A stretch of 64,000 nt of DNA from a virus, in IMG/VR virus record IMGVR_UViG_3300030019_000576, one strand, 5' to 3'. The position numbers and the translations under genes are program-made. The notes under the pieces are model-generated. The model was not told the origin of the DNA. It did not search any database and saw only the letters and a program-made list of their open reading frames with translations. Shown in pieces: positions 36,070-45,500 of the stretch; positions within the stretch are counted from its first letter, which is position 1, and each line of letters opens with the position of its first letter.

Positions 36070-36392
36070 TCTTGCATTATTTTACAAACTATTTCATAAT
36101 CATACCAATCAAAGTAATCTATGCACATTTTTTTTGCATAGATTAATGCATCTTCTTTTTTATATCCAAATGTTTTAACTAATGGGTATATAACATTAGT
36201 ATAATTAATAGAAACATATTTATTTTTTTTATCTACTTGAAATATAGTTTCACCTTCACTGTTTTCATAAAAATAGTCACTTCTCGGTAAAAAAAGTTTA
36301 TGTGATTTTACATTATCAAATAAATCAATAATCCATTTATCAGAACCTGATAAACGTAATCTTTTAATATGTCTTATTTTATCTTTAATCAT
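36066..36392 (-). CDS. DKIxxIK-SRLS family protein
   Basis: MIKDKIRHIKRLRLSGSDK. Confidence 0.45.
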   Translation of the reverse strand: MIKDKIRHIKRLRLSGSDKWIIDLFDNVKSHKLFLPRSDYFYENSEGETIFQVDKKNKYVSINYTNVIYPLVKTFGYKKEDALIYAKKMCIDYFDWYDYEIVCKIMQE

Positions 36393-36787
36393 TATAATGT
36401 TTCTACTTCTTGTAGATTTTTCAATTCAATTAGTTTACTTTCATTTTCAGCTAACCATTCTTTATAATCATCTCTTTCTGATATTTCAGCGTTTGATAAC
36501 CCACCCCAATGACCAGATGGAATACCAAGGTAAATACGAATGAAAAATAGTCTTTTCATGTTATCATCACTTGACCCTTCGTAAATACTGAAACAATCAG
36601 TTGGTAAGTAATAACTATCGTTTGGTAGATGATTAAATATTACATCATATTTTACAATTTTACCATCAGATACAAGTTCATCAAGTAAGTCAGCTATATC
36701 TGTTCTTTGTCTAACTAAACCTGTTAATCCTTGACCTGTTTCACGTGTCATTTTAATTACAATATTATATAATTCGAGCTTTTCCAT
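36392..36787 (-). CDS. hypothetical protein
   Basis: Co-oriented ORF. Confidence 0.4.
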   Translation of the reverse strand: MEKLELYNIVIKMTRETGQGLTGLVRQRTDIADLLDELVSDGKIVKYDVIFNHLPNDSYYLPTDCFSIYEGSSDDNMKRLFFIRIYLGIPSGHWGGLSNAEISERDDYKEWLAENESKLIELKNLQEVETL

Positions 36788-36788
36788 A

Positions 36789-37010
36789 TTATTTTATATG
36801 TAAGATTTTGTTTGTAAATTTAACAAAAATTAATTTGTTAATGAATTTTGTGAATTTCGATTTTGGAAAAAGTGGTTTAAATATTATTGGTACCAAAAAT
36901 ATCCACCAACGTTGTAAAAATGTTATATCTATTTTTAATATACTTGAAATAAGTAATAATAAAAGTACTGTCATAATGACACAAATCATGTAAAATGTTG
37001 AAATTCTCAT
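36789..37010 (-). CDS. small membrane protein
   Basis: Two hydrophobic helices. Confidence 0.35.
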   Translation of the reverse strand: MRISTFYMICVIMTVLLLLLISSILKIDITFLQRWWIFLVPIIFKPLFPKSKFTKFINKLIFVKFTNKILHIK

Positions 37011-37014
37011 ATTT

Positions 37015-37260
37015 TTAATTTTTAATTTTTAATTTTCTTGTTATTTCATACAATTGACCAAACCTATTCACTTTTGCTGAAAAAAAGGAACTATCTATTT
37101 TTATGATAACATCATAATTGGTGTATGTAAATAGTGTATTTAAATTATGAACATCAGTTGTATCAATTACTTGAAATTTTACTGAACTGTCTATTGTTGT
37201 GTGATAACCACAACTTGAAAGTCCTAACACTAATAGGACACATAATACTAATTTTTTCAT
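37015..37260 (-). CDS. lipoprotein
   Basis: MKKLVLCVLLVLGLSSCGY, a signal peptide with a lipobox Cys. Confidence 0.5.
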   Translation of the reverse strand: MKKLVLCVLLVLGLSSCGYHTTIDSSVKFQVIDTTDVHNLNTLFTYTNYDVIIKIDSSFFSAKVNRFGQLYEITRKLKIKN

Positions 37261-37266
37261 AAATAT

Positions 37267-37719
37267 TTATTTTTTAAATTTAAATTCTTCGTAACTTTTA
37301 GAACCTTTTCTACTATTACATTTTTTACAAGAAACGACCCAATTTTTTTCATCTAATAAGTTTACTTTTCCAGAACTCATTGGTATAACATGGTCAACAG
37401 TTGCTAACATTTTATTCTTATTATTTAAAGCTGATTGATTAATTAGTCTATATCCAACTTCTAAATGTATTTTACCACAATAATGACATACTAAATCACC
37501 TGTTCTACGTTTTTCCTTTAATAAAAATATAAAACGTCTATTCAAATATTCTTGTATTTCATACATACCTTTCAAATAGTCTTCATCCATTTCTTTTAAA
37601 TAATCATTTAAAAGAATAAGAGCTGCTTGTGATTTAATTGATACATTATCATCATTATAAATCAGATGATTTACAACTGTATTACCCGAAGAAGACTTAT
37701 GATATGTTATTGTTTTCAT
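37267..37719 (-). CDS. HNH endonuclease (start moved to ATG 37719; the track start is an upstream extension)
   Basis: CHYCGK...VDHVIPMSSGK...NWVVSCKKCNSRKG is an HNH motif with flanking Cys pairs. The promoter-like motif at 37721-37765 is inside the extension. Confidence 0.65.
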   Translation of the reverse strand: MKTITYHKSSSGNTVVNHLIYNDDNVSIKSQAALILLNDYLKEMDEDYLKGMYEIQEYLNRRFIFLLKEKRRTGDLVCHYCGKIHLEVGYRLINQSALNNKNKMLATVDHVIPMSSGKVNLLDEKNWVVSCKKCNSRKGSKSYEEFKFKK

Positions 37720-37720
37720 A

Positions 37721-37765
37721 ATGAATACAAATATACAACAAATTTTTCGATATACCAAATAATAA
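37721..37765 (-). promoter_or_regulatory. variant promoter motif
   Basis: aatgaatacaaatatacaacaaatttttcgatataccaaataat. Confidence 0.35.
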
Positions 37766-37770
37766 CCAAA

Positions 37771-37800
37771 AAAAAGTGACTAATATAGCCACTTTTTAAT
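37771..37800 (-). terminator. weak hairpin terminator after the flotillin gene
   Basis: AAAAGTGac...gcCACTTTTTAA, a short stem with a T-run. Confidence 0.3.
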
Positions 37801-37820
37801 AATTATATAACTTTACAGTA

Positions 37821-39674
37821 TTATTTCTTTGCTGTTGGTGTTACTTTTTCTACTTCTTTCTTATCTTGGATATATTTCATTAATTCTATACCAATAAGAC
37901 TATCAACACCAGAACCACCACCTTGACCACCGTTAATCAAGATTTCAGGAATGATTTTTACACCATTTTTACCAATTTCTTCAATAACTTTAAGTTTTCC
38001 AAAATTTTCAGCACCCATTGCAGTTACTTGACCTTTATATGATTCAGCGTTAGCCTTACCAATTGCTTCAATCTTACCAGCTTCGGCTGCACCCATCATT
38101 TGAATTTTAGCAGCATCTGCTTCTGCATTTACTTTAGTAGCCTTTGCGTTAGCAGCAGCTTTAATTTCAACAGATTTAGCTTCACCCTCTGATTGCTTAA
38201 CAGCAGCTTCTGCTTCACGTTGTGAAATTTCTACTTGTTGTTGAGCAGCAACCATTTTAGGTTGAATATCAGCTAATGCTTTCGCAGTTTCCAACATCTT
38301 CTTTTGGTCTTGTGCTTTTGTTTGTGTTTCGAAAGTAATTTCTTCTTCCTGTGCAATCTTACGGTCAGTTAAAGTCTTCATAAGTGATTCAGGTGGAACG
38401 ATATCACCGATAAGCGTATCTACTGCCTTTACATTATATTCATCCAATACCTTTGTAATTTCAACTTTTGCAGCATTTTGACGTTCTTGACGTGTAGACA
38501 AGAAAGCAATAACATCTGAATCTTGTGCTGAATTACGGAAGTAGTTACCGATTGTTGGTTCAAGTACTTGTGATACAAGGTTTTGCATTGAACCGAAACG
38601 TGCAATTACTTTTGGTGCTTCTACTGATGGAATGTGAATAATTTGTGATACATCCAAATTGAATGGGAAACCATCTTTTGAACGTACTGTAATAGTACTC
38701 AAATTCTTATCAAGATTGTGTGATTCACTACGTGCATTTGCCCAATTAAGTACTAAGTTTGTAGTAGGAACGATTTCAATACGTTGTGTATAAGTATTAA
38801 TTGCATATTTTCCTGGATCAAGTGTTTGTAACCACACCCCTTTATTACCTTTTTCTACAATGTTACCATGTTTAAATCCATCACCAGTGACATCTTTACC
38901 ATCACCACCTACATATGAAATAACAACACCAGCGGTACCAATTGGAATTTCTGTCATTGGTCGTTTTTCAATCTGAATTGCCCAAGGACTTAATGTATAA
39001 GAACCCGCTTGAATAACTTGAATTTGAAGACCACGTTGACCACCATTTTCTAAAAACTTATCGAAGTCTTGGAAGTTATTGTGACCACTAATTTCAGAAC
39101 CTGCAATAGAACCTGTTGTAAGTGGTGTACCATCCAATGTAGTAATAATACCAATTGTACCATCTTCAATAGTTGTAATATCTGCTAAGAATACATCAAA
39201 CAATAGTGAATTAATACGATATACACCGTTATTAAGATAACCAACTTGTTTACCACGAGAACCGTTGTTGTTCAAAAATGCACGTGCATTTTGATAATTA
39301 TCAGATTCTACATGTCGTGCTAAAATAAAACCTACTTCAAGAATTTTACCATCTTTAGCTGATACCATACCAATTTTTCCTTTCGGGATGTCAGTAAATG
39401 CAGCTAAATCAATTTTGTACTGCCATACCCAATAACCCCATCCCAAGAAACCTGGTGCTAATGTATCTGCTTGAAACCCTGCTTCACCATTTAAGGCGAT
39501 AATCTTACCATCTGGTAATGAACGTTCTTTACCAAATAGGACGAATTTTTTCGTAACTAATCCAATTCGGTTTTCTGGAATGATAATCATTCCGAATAGT
39601 ACACGCAAAATTTGCTTGTAAAAAATAATTGCTAACAAAGGGAGCAACACCCACCAATAACTTAAAATTTCCAT
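37821..39674 (-). CDS. SPFH/band-7 flotillin-like membrane protein (YqiK-like)
   Basis: N-terminal TM, an SPFH core (IIPENRIGLVTKKF...) and a long Ala/Glu/Lys-rich coiled-coil C-terminus (AEADAAKIQMMGAAEAGKIEAIGKANAESY). Local GC is clearly higher than in the flanks. Confidence 0.7.
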   Translation of the reverse strand: MEILSYWWVLLPLLAIIFYKQILRVLFGMIIIPENRIGLVTKKFVLFGKERSLPDGKIIALNGEAGFQADTLAPGFLGWGYWVWQYKIDLAAFTDIPKGKIGMVSAKDGKILEVGFILARHVESDNYQNARAFLNNNGSRGKQVGYLNNGVYRINSLLFDVFLADITTIEDGTIGIITTLDGTPLTTGSIAGSEISGHNNFQDFDKFLENGGQRGLQIQVIQAGSYTLSPWAIQIEKRPMTEIPIGTAGVVISYVGGDGKDVTGDGFKHGNIVEKGNKGVWLQTLDPGKYAINTYTQRIEIVPTTNLVLNWANARSESHNLDKNLSTITVRSKDGFPFNLDVSQIIHIPSVEAPKVIARFGSMQNLVSQVLEPTIGNYFRNSAQDSDVIAFLSTRQERQNAAKVEITKVLDEYNVKAVDTLIGDIVPPESLMKTLTDRKIAQEEEITFETQTKAQDQKKMLETAKALADIQPKMVAAQQQVEISQREAEAAVKQSEGEAKSVEIKAAANAKATKVNAEADAAKIQMMGAAEAGKIEAIGKANAESYKGQVTAMGAENFGKLKVIEEIGKNGVKIIPEILINGGQGGGSGVDSLIGIELMKYIQDKKEVEKVTPTAKK

Positions 39675-39721
39675 TTTTTTTTCTTTTTTTAAATTGTTTT
39701 TATTATTAATTAAATCTATTT

Positions 39722-40171
39722 TTAAAACGTTTTTTTAAACCCATCACTTTTACCTAATATCATATTACTTGTTAGGTTTAAAATTTCTTGATATCCTGTT
39801 CCTTTTAGTATTGATATATCATCACCATTAAGCATATAAATTGCAGAACCTGTTTTTGCTGATAAACCAACATAATTCAAATATTTACTTTTAATTATTT
39901 TACTTGAATTAAATGTTACATAGATTGGGTTTTTATTTTTAGATGAAGAACTATCAAATCCTTTTTTACTAACTTCGGGTTTACCGAATGAACCTGACTC
40001 AGCATTACCAAATGAAACACCGTCTGTTTTGTCAATTGGTTTTACTTTAACTTTCATTTGTATTACTTCCAATTCTTTTTGTTCTAAGTGTGTACTATTC
40101 TTTGTATAAAGTTTAATAAATAGGATAACAAATAGAATCAATATTGGAACAATTACTGCGTAGATATCCAT
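39722..40171 (-). CDS. NfeD/YqiJ-like membrane protein (flotillin partner, tentative)
   Basis: N-terminal TM helix plus a C-terminal beta-rich G-x-G segment (LSAKTGSAIYMLNGDDISILKGTG). It sits immediately upstream of the flotillin gene, as in yqiJK. Confidence 0.35.
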   Translation of the reverse strand: MDIYAVIVPILILFVILFIKLYTKNSTHLEQKELEVIQMKVKVKPIDKTDGVSFGNAESGSFGKPEVSKKGFDSSSSKNKNPIYVTFNSSKIIKSKYLNYVGLSAKTGSAIYMLNGDDISILKGTGYQEILNLTSNMILGKSDGFKKTF

Positions 40172-40212
40172 ATTTTTCTTTTAATTATTATATTGTTATT
40201 AATAAAATAAGT

Positions 40213-40524
40213 TTAATTATTTTCATCAGTTTCTTTTTCTTTTTGGTATTCTTTAAGTTTCTTAGTCATTAAAGCAGTACCAATTGTGAATACAACAGCA
40301 GCTACAAGTATTAATGGTAACGCAGCTAAAACTTCGGTTTTTTTACTTGATAATACTATAATAAGTATAACACAAATCCAACTAATAATTGCTAAACCCT
40401 TACTTTGACGGATTTGACTTTTCAATGCTTCTTCCATATTATTTTTCTGTTTTAGTTTTAAAAGTTTCACGTGTTTTTGTTGATAAGAATCCATAATCAG
40501 CAGTAAGTTTTTTGCATCCAACAA
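40213..40524 (-). CDS. small membrane protein
   Basis: Two TM helices. Confidence 0.35.
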   Translation of the reverse strand: MLDAKNLLLIMDSYQQKHVKLLKLKQKNNMEEALKSQIRQSKGLAIISWICVILIIVLSSKKTEVLAALPLILVAAVVFTIGTALMTKKLKEYQKEKETDENN

Positions 40525-41311
40525 ATTTATTATATAAATTATTTGGGAATGTGTCTAACATTGCATTGTTTAAATTCGATAATGCAATACATTCTTTTTC
40601 AATATTAAAATATCCCTCACGTTGTGTAGTAATAAAAACACTTAAATCTGAATAGAATGTAGTGAATTGGTCATATGGTATTTGTTGATTTTCTTGTAAC
40701 CACTTCCATGTTAGATTTTTTCCATCAGCACGGTTTTCCATGATAAGTTTGGTAACTTCAATAAAAGTTTGCTTATCCATGTTAGTGATTTTTTCTTTCT
40801 GATTGTAGGTAGTCCACATTTTATCATAAAATCCCGCTTTTTCTTGGACTTTTGCATTAAATGCATATTGGTATTTGATTGATTGGTTATACATTGAACT
40901 ACCATCTTTGAATATACCAATTCCTAATTTAAATAAGTTTATAACAATATAAAATGATATAAATAATATAAGACCTTTTTTCCAAGTGAATCCTTTTTTA
41001 TTTACTTTAATATTTGGTTCAGTTGATTTATTTTTCTTTTCATTGTCATGTTTATAAGTATTGTAAAGATTACGTAAATCCTTATCTGCCCAATCCCAAA
41101 TGGTAATTATATACATTACAACCAATCCAATTATGGTAATTATGTTAAATACACAATGTAATCCACCGAATGTATTAGTAATACCATAACTATGTGATTC
41201 CATATAATCACCAGGAAATTTCAAACCCCATGTATATCCAACACCTAATGAAAGGATAATAAGAACACCTAATAGAAATAGGTAAAATTGCGTTTTAGTA
41301 AGTTTATTCAT
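40439..41311 (-). CDS. multi-pass membrane protein
   Basis: Several hydrophobic helices; ATG start with a promoter motif upstream. Confidence 0.45.
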   Translation of the reverse strand: MNKLTKTQFYLFLLGVLIILSLGVGYTWGLKFPGDYMESHSYGITNTFGGLHCVFNIITIIGLVVMYIITIWDWADKDLRNLYNTYKHDNEKKNKSTEPNIKVNKKGFTWKKGLILFISFYIVINLFKLGIGIFKDGSSMYNQSIKYQYAFNAKVQEKAGFYDKMWTTYNQKEKITNMDKQTFIEVTKLIMENRADGKNLTWKWLQENQQIPYDQFTTFYSDLSVFITTQREGYFNIEKECIALSNLNNAMLDTFPNNLYNKFVGCKKLTADYGFLSTKTRETFKTKTEK

Positions 41312-41350
41312 TTTATTTTTTAAGTTAGTTAATAATATTTATTTGTAATG

Positions 41351-41388
41351 TTTGACAAAGGTAATACAAATATTTTAATTACCAAATT
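41351..41388 (-). promoter_or_regulatory. conserved phage promoter motif
   Basis: tttgacaaaggtaatacaaatattttaattaccaaatt. Confidence 0.5.
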
Positions 41389-41430
41389 ATTTCATAAGAA
41401 ATTTTATAATTTTGTTGTTTTTAACTTTTA

Positions 41431-41661
41431 TCATAGTCTTTGTTCCATTCTACGACAAAGAAGTTGTGATAATACTGCATCAACATCTTTTTCTGTTAAA
41501 TCACAATCAGGTTCTTCTTTTGATTTAAACTTATGAATAGCATTCAATAACACGAAAGATAATTCATATCTAACACGTTTTTGTTTTAATTCCCTAATGT
41601 CTTTTTCTTCTGCTGTTAATTTAGTCTTTGCCATATCCTTCTTCTTTTTTAATATCTTCAA
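41431..41661 (-). CDS. hypothetical protein
   Basis: Co-oriented ORF. Confidence 0.35.
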   Translation of the reverse strand: MKILKKKKDMAKTKLTAEEKDIRELKQKRVRYELSFVLLNAIHKFKSKEEPDCDLTEKDVDAVLSQLLCRRMEQRL

Positions 41662-41905
41662 TCATTTTATCAATATCTTCATCAGACGGAAACTTTTTAC
41701 CTTCACTTTTTTGTTTAGATAATTCCTTCATTCCTTCAACTTCAACTATCGGTGAACATACACGGTATAATTTATTAATATTACGATGTGTTTGTTTATC
41801 CATTATTTCACGATTACTACAAGTAATAATCATTGAATTTATCCAATTTTTCAACCGTATCAAATCATCAATAGCTTCTTTTTTCTTATATTCTGCGTAT
41901 TCCAT
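41621..41905 (-). CDS. hypothetical protein
   Basis: Co-oriented ORF. Confidence 0.4.
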   Translation of the reverse strand: MEYAEYKKKEAIDDLIRLKNWINSMIITCSNREIMDKQTHRNINKLYRVCSPIVEVEGMKELSKQKSEGKKFPSDEDIDKMIEDIKKEEGYGKD

Positions 41906-41938
41906 GTTTTATATTTTTACAAATGTACTACATTATTT

Positions 41939-42400
41939 TCAAACTACCAAATGTTTATCCAATAATAATTCATTTAAATTTTTATAAAATGGTATTTTAT
42001 AGTCATCACATACTATTTTAACGTTACCACTTCTCCAATATTCATCAGGGCAGCATACGATTAACTTACCACTTGATGCTTGAAGACCTAATTCTAATAA
42101 TGATATAGGACTTTTACTATTTGGTAGAAAATTCATTATAATAATGTCTGAATATTCCATTGCATTTAATTCCCATTTTACTTGACCATAAAATTCTGCA
42201 TTTTCAATTTTTTGTTCCCATGAATCATCCCATACATCCCTACGTGGATTATATAATACTACATTCGGAAAACTACTAAAGTGTTCTTCAACATTTTTCT
42301 GCCAATTTTCAGATTCACCTTGGTCAATGGTACCTGCTAAAAAGATAGCAAATGTGCCATATGGTTTCTGTATTGGAATTGGTGGTTTATAACTTGTCAT
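41939..42400 (-). CDS. nucleoside 2-deoxyribosyltransferase-like (SLOG superfamily) protein, tentative
   Basis: GTFAIFLAGTIDQG resembles the YLAGP nucleotide-binding loop of NDT/DUF4406 proteins. Confidence 0.35.
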   Translation of the reverse strand: MTSYKPPIPIQKPYGTFAIFLAGTIDQGESENWQKNVEEHFSSFPNVVLYNPRRDVWDDSWEQKIENAEFYGQVKWELNAMEYSDIIIMNFLPNSKSPISLLELGLQASSGKLIVCCPDEYWRSGNVKIVCDDYKIPFYKNLNELLLDKHLVV

Positions 42401-42421
42401 ATTTTTATTTTTATTTTATTT

Positions 42422-42688
42422 TTAATATTTTTCCATAACTACTACACCAATATTACATTCACTTCTTGTTCCTGATATAGAAACTGATTTTACAATATAA
42501 CCATCTTTGCTTTTGCTAATTATATAATCTGTAATTCTATCTTGAACATGAAAATCACTAAATCCTTGTACAATAGTTACAGCAGGTTTAGTAGGTTTAA
42601 CAGTTATTAATTTCTGAACTTCTGGTGTAAATGCAACTGATATAGTTACAAAAATTCCTAATAGGAACATAATAAATTCTTTTTTCAT
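42422..42688 (-). CDS. small secreted protein
   Basis: Signal peptide MKKEFIMFLLGIFVTISVA. Confidence 0.4.
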   Translation of the reverse strand: MKKEFIMFLLGIFVTISVAFTPEVQKLITVKPTKPAVTIVQGFSDFHVQDRITDYIISKSKDGYIVKSVSISGTRSECNIGVVVMEKY

Positions 42689-42830
42689 TTAATTTTATTT
42701 TTAGGTGGTTTAATCGCATCAAGTTTAGGTGTAGTACCTAATCTAATTCTTTGTTTTGGGTAAAAATTTATAATAAACATTATAATTAAAGTTAATGCTA
42801 TTAAACTAACACATATAACAATGAATGTAT

Positions 42831-43025
42831 TCATGCTTTTTTATTAATTAATAATATTGATAATACAATGATAGTACAAACTATCAATGATGAAACACCA
42901 CATATTAATAAAAGAGTTAACATATTATATGGTGAATTACTACAAAATGCGCATATAAAAAAACCTAACCATAAACCTAAAATATTATTTTTTATTTCCA
43001 ATATTATACTTAAAAATTTTTTCAT
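42831..43025 (-). CDS. small membrane protein
   Basis: Two TM helices. Confidence 0.3.
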   Translation of the reverse strand: MKKFLSIILEIKNNILGLWLGFFICAFCSNSPYNMLTLLLICGVSSLIVCTIIVLSILLINKKA

Positions 43026-43468
43026 ACTCTTTTATTTTTTTTTCTGTTAATTAATTCTTTTATTCTTTCCAATTTATTCTTTCTATCTTCTTCAATAGAA
43101 GTAAATTCTTCCAACCAAATAATACTATCTGTTTTTTTTAATGAAGTATATTTATCAGTAATAAAAGATACTACATCGCTTTTATTAATACTATTTGGTT
43201 TATCAATAATTTCTACATCTAAAAATTTAGTTTTGCTATCACCTGAATCATATCTTTCTATTTCATTGACATAAATTAATACATCAAAAGGGAATTTCTT
43301 TTCATTTATGATATGTGATAATGTATATTTAAAATAACCTTTTCTTAGTGGACTACTTAGCTTTTTCAATTTTTCATTTACATCCTTTTTAAAAGATGTA
43401 TTTTTAGTGTATGATATAATATACAGTATTATCATTAAACATAATGCTATAATTAAGAATATTGTCAT
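43022..43468 (-). CDS. membrane-anchored hypothetical protein
   Basis: N-terminal TM anchor. Confidence 0.4.
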   Translation of the reverse strand: MTIFLIIALCLMIILYIISYTKNTSFKKDVNEKLKKLSSPLRKGYFKYTLSHIINEKKFPFDVLIYVNEIERYDSGDSKTKFLDVEIIDKPNSINKSDVVSFITDKYTSLKKTDSIIWLEEFTSIEEDRKNKLERIKELINRKKNKRV

Positions 43469-43480
43469 TTTAGTTTTTTT

Positions 43481-43774
43481 TTAATGTTTCCAAATATATT
43501 TACTTAATACGAATTTCATCTTTCTATCAAAATCGGGATCATTTTCTAATTCTTTCAACATACCATAATGATATGATGTATCTAATGAATTATCATCGGG
43601 TTCACCGTTACGTAGAATCATTTGATAGTTATCATTTACATAAGAATCTTCATCTTCATATGTATTTATTTCATCAATATCTTCATGTATTCTTTCTAAT
43701 ACTTTTACTACTTCACGATAAAACATAACCTTTTTAAGTTTTTTATTAATCATTGAATTTTTTTTGAAAGTCAT
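43481..43774 (-). CDS. hypothetical protein
   Basis: Co-oriented ORF. Confidence 0.4.
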   Translation of the reverse strand: MTFKKNSMINKKLKKVMFYREVVKVLERIHEDIDEINTYEDEDSYVNDNYQMILRNGEPDDNSLDTSYHYGMLKELENDPDFDRKMKFVLSKYIWKH

Positions 43775-44255
43775 TAAAATCTTCGCAAAAAATAATCAAA
43801 TTTATTTGTTCGGATGTCATAAAATCACCCATATGTTTAAATAAATTAAACCATTGTTCACCGAATAAGTAAATATTTGGTTTTACAATCATTTTACGAA
43901 CTTCATCTAAGAGTAAAAATAATTCAGCAAGTGTTCCAATACCACCTCTTTGAATTACAAAGGTTTCGCTTTCAGCATTTAAATATCCTAATCTATCATA
44001 AATATCATTACATATAATAGTTTCAGTTAAAAATTCATTACCTTTTGTGAATCCAAAAGACTTACATGTATATCCAAATGCTTGTCCATCTGCTTCTGTT
44101 GCACCCTTTGATACAGCTTCCATTAACCCACGATAACCACCATTTTTAACTATAAAACCCTTATTAGCTAAGAATCCACCTATTAGAATACTATCATTAT
44201 ATTCCTTTGTTGTTCTATCATTGATAGCACCACCGAAAAAAGTTGCGTATTTCAT
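43746..44255 (-). CDS. LOG-family (Lonely Guy / TIGR00730) putative nucleotide N-glycosidase
   Basis: GGYRGLMEAVSKGA (the GGGxGxMgA motif) and QRGGIGTLAELF (the PGGxGTxxE motif). Confidence 0.65.
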   Translation of the reverse strand: MKYATFFGGAINDRTTKEYNDSILIGGFLANKGFIVKNGGYRGLMEAVSKGATEADGQAFGYTCKSFGFTKGNEFLTETIICNDIYDRLGYLNAESETFVIQRGGIGTLAELFLLLDEVRKMIVKPNIYLFGEQWFNLFKHMGDFMTSEQINLIIFCEDFNDFQKKFND

Positions 44256-44260
44256 ATTTT

Positions 44261-44752
44261 TTAAATAAAATTTGTCATAAAATTTTTAACTGTTAAACAA
44301 TTGTAACACGGATGTTCAATACCATAAACATATTCAGAATCAAAGTCAAATAATTTATATTCTTGCCAAAAATCATGTGCTATACTATAAATATGGAAAG
44401 AAAACATTATACCATTTATTTTACCTTCATTAAAATATTCAAAATTACATTCAGTTATTTTATAAGAATAATTTGGATTTCCACTTGATAACATTAATGA
44501 ACTTGAAATTTTATAATTAAAGAATGCTTCACATAATAGCTTTGATTCATCTTTTGATAATATCAACGTATTATCTTGATTATTTTCTTTATATGCGTTT
44601 TTAAAAATTCCTTGATTTAAATTTTTTTGTTCAAGACCTGCTTTAAAGTATTCACTTCTTGTTTTAAAATCCTTTTTAATAATATTTTTTTCACGTGTGT
44701 AATTACCCATTTTTTTATTGGTTTTATTATTAATAATTATATACACATACAC
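44261..44752 (-). CDS. hypothetical protein
   Basis: Co-oriented ORF. Confidence 0.4.
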   Translation of the reverse strand: MYVYIIINNKTNKKMGNYTREKNIIKKDFKTRSEYFKAGLEQKNLNQGIFKNAYKENNQDNTLILSKDESKLLCEAFFNYKISSSLMLSSGNPNYSYKITECNFEYFNEGKINGIMFSFHIYSIAHDFWQEYKLFDFDSEYVYGIEHPCYNCLTVKNFMTNFI

Positions 44753-45095
44753 CTAATGAAAACTTTGATGTATCAATTCCAAATTTTTCAAATATATCTT
44801 TCATTTCAAATACCATCATATCCAATTCTTCTTTTGTATAAACACCAAAATCATAATTAAAATCTTGTCCTGTTCTGATATCACAATCTTCGCTTTCTAA
44901 TTCAATACCAATTTTATAGTTTGAAAAATAATAACCATGATTAAAAACAACTTCCATATCATATAGATATCCTCTAACGTCATCTTTCAAAGATACTTCC
45001 CTATCAGGTTTTTCTTTAATAATATTACTTATCCTTTCAAAATCTTGTTCTGTTATGGTTGTTCCATAAACTAAAGTCGTTTTAACGTATCCCAT
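44730..45095 (-). CDS. hypothetical protein
   Basis: Co-oriented ORF. Confidence 0.4.
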   Translation of the reverse strand: MGYVKTTLVYGTTITEQDFERISNIIKEKPDREVSLKDDVRGYLYDMEVVFNHGYYFSNYKIGIELESEDCDIRTGQDFNYDFGVYTKEELDMMVFEMKDIFEKFGIDTSKFSLGVCVYNY

Positions 45096-45099
45096 ATTA

Positions 45100-45453
45100 T
45101 TATAATCTATTATTTTGTGCTAAAATTTCAACCCAATGACCAACTATCCAACTTAGGAATTTATTATATTCTTTATCAGATGTTAGTTCATAACCTGAAT
45201 TTATAATCCATGATTCAGCAATATCTTTATAATTAATATAATTTTTAGAATCATCAAATACACCATCTTTAATATCGGATTCAATAAGATTACAAATTTC
45301 ATCTGAAAATTTAACTAATACAATATCAGTATATTTTTCAATTTGGTCATCAGTAAAACCATTTTTAAAATATTTATCAATATAATCTTGATTACCACCT
45401 GCTCTAATATAATTAATTTTTGGTGGTTCATTATTTTGTTTCAATTCTTCCAT
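45100..45453 (-). CDS. hypothetical protein
   Basis: ATG ORF with a promoter motif upstream. Confidence 0.4.
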   Translation of the reverse strand: MEELKQNNEPPKINYIRAGGNQDYIDKYFKNGFTDDQIEKYTDIVLVKFSDEICNLIESDIKDGVFDDSKNYINYKDIAESWIINSGYELTSDKEYNKFLSWIVGHWVEILAQNNRL

Positions 45454-45465
45454 ATTTTATATTTT

Positions 45466-45500
45466 ATACAAAGATAATACAATAAATTGAATTACCAAAT
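45466..45500 (-). promoter_or_regulatory. conserved phage promoter motif
   Basis: atacaaagataatacaataaattgaattaccaaat. Confidence 0.5.
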
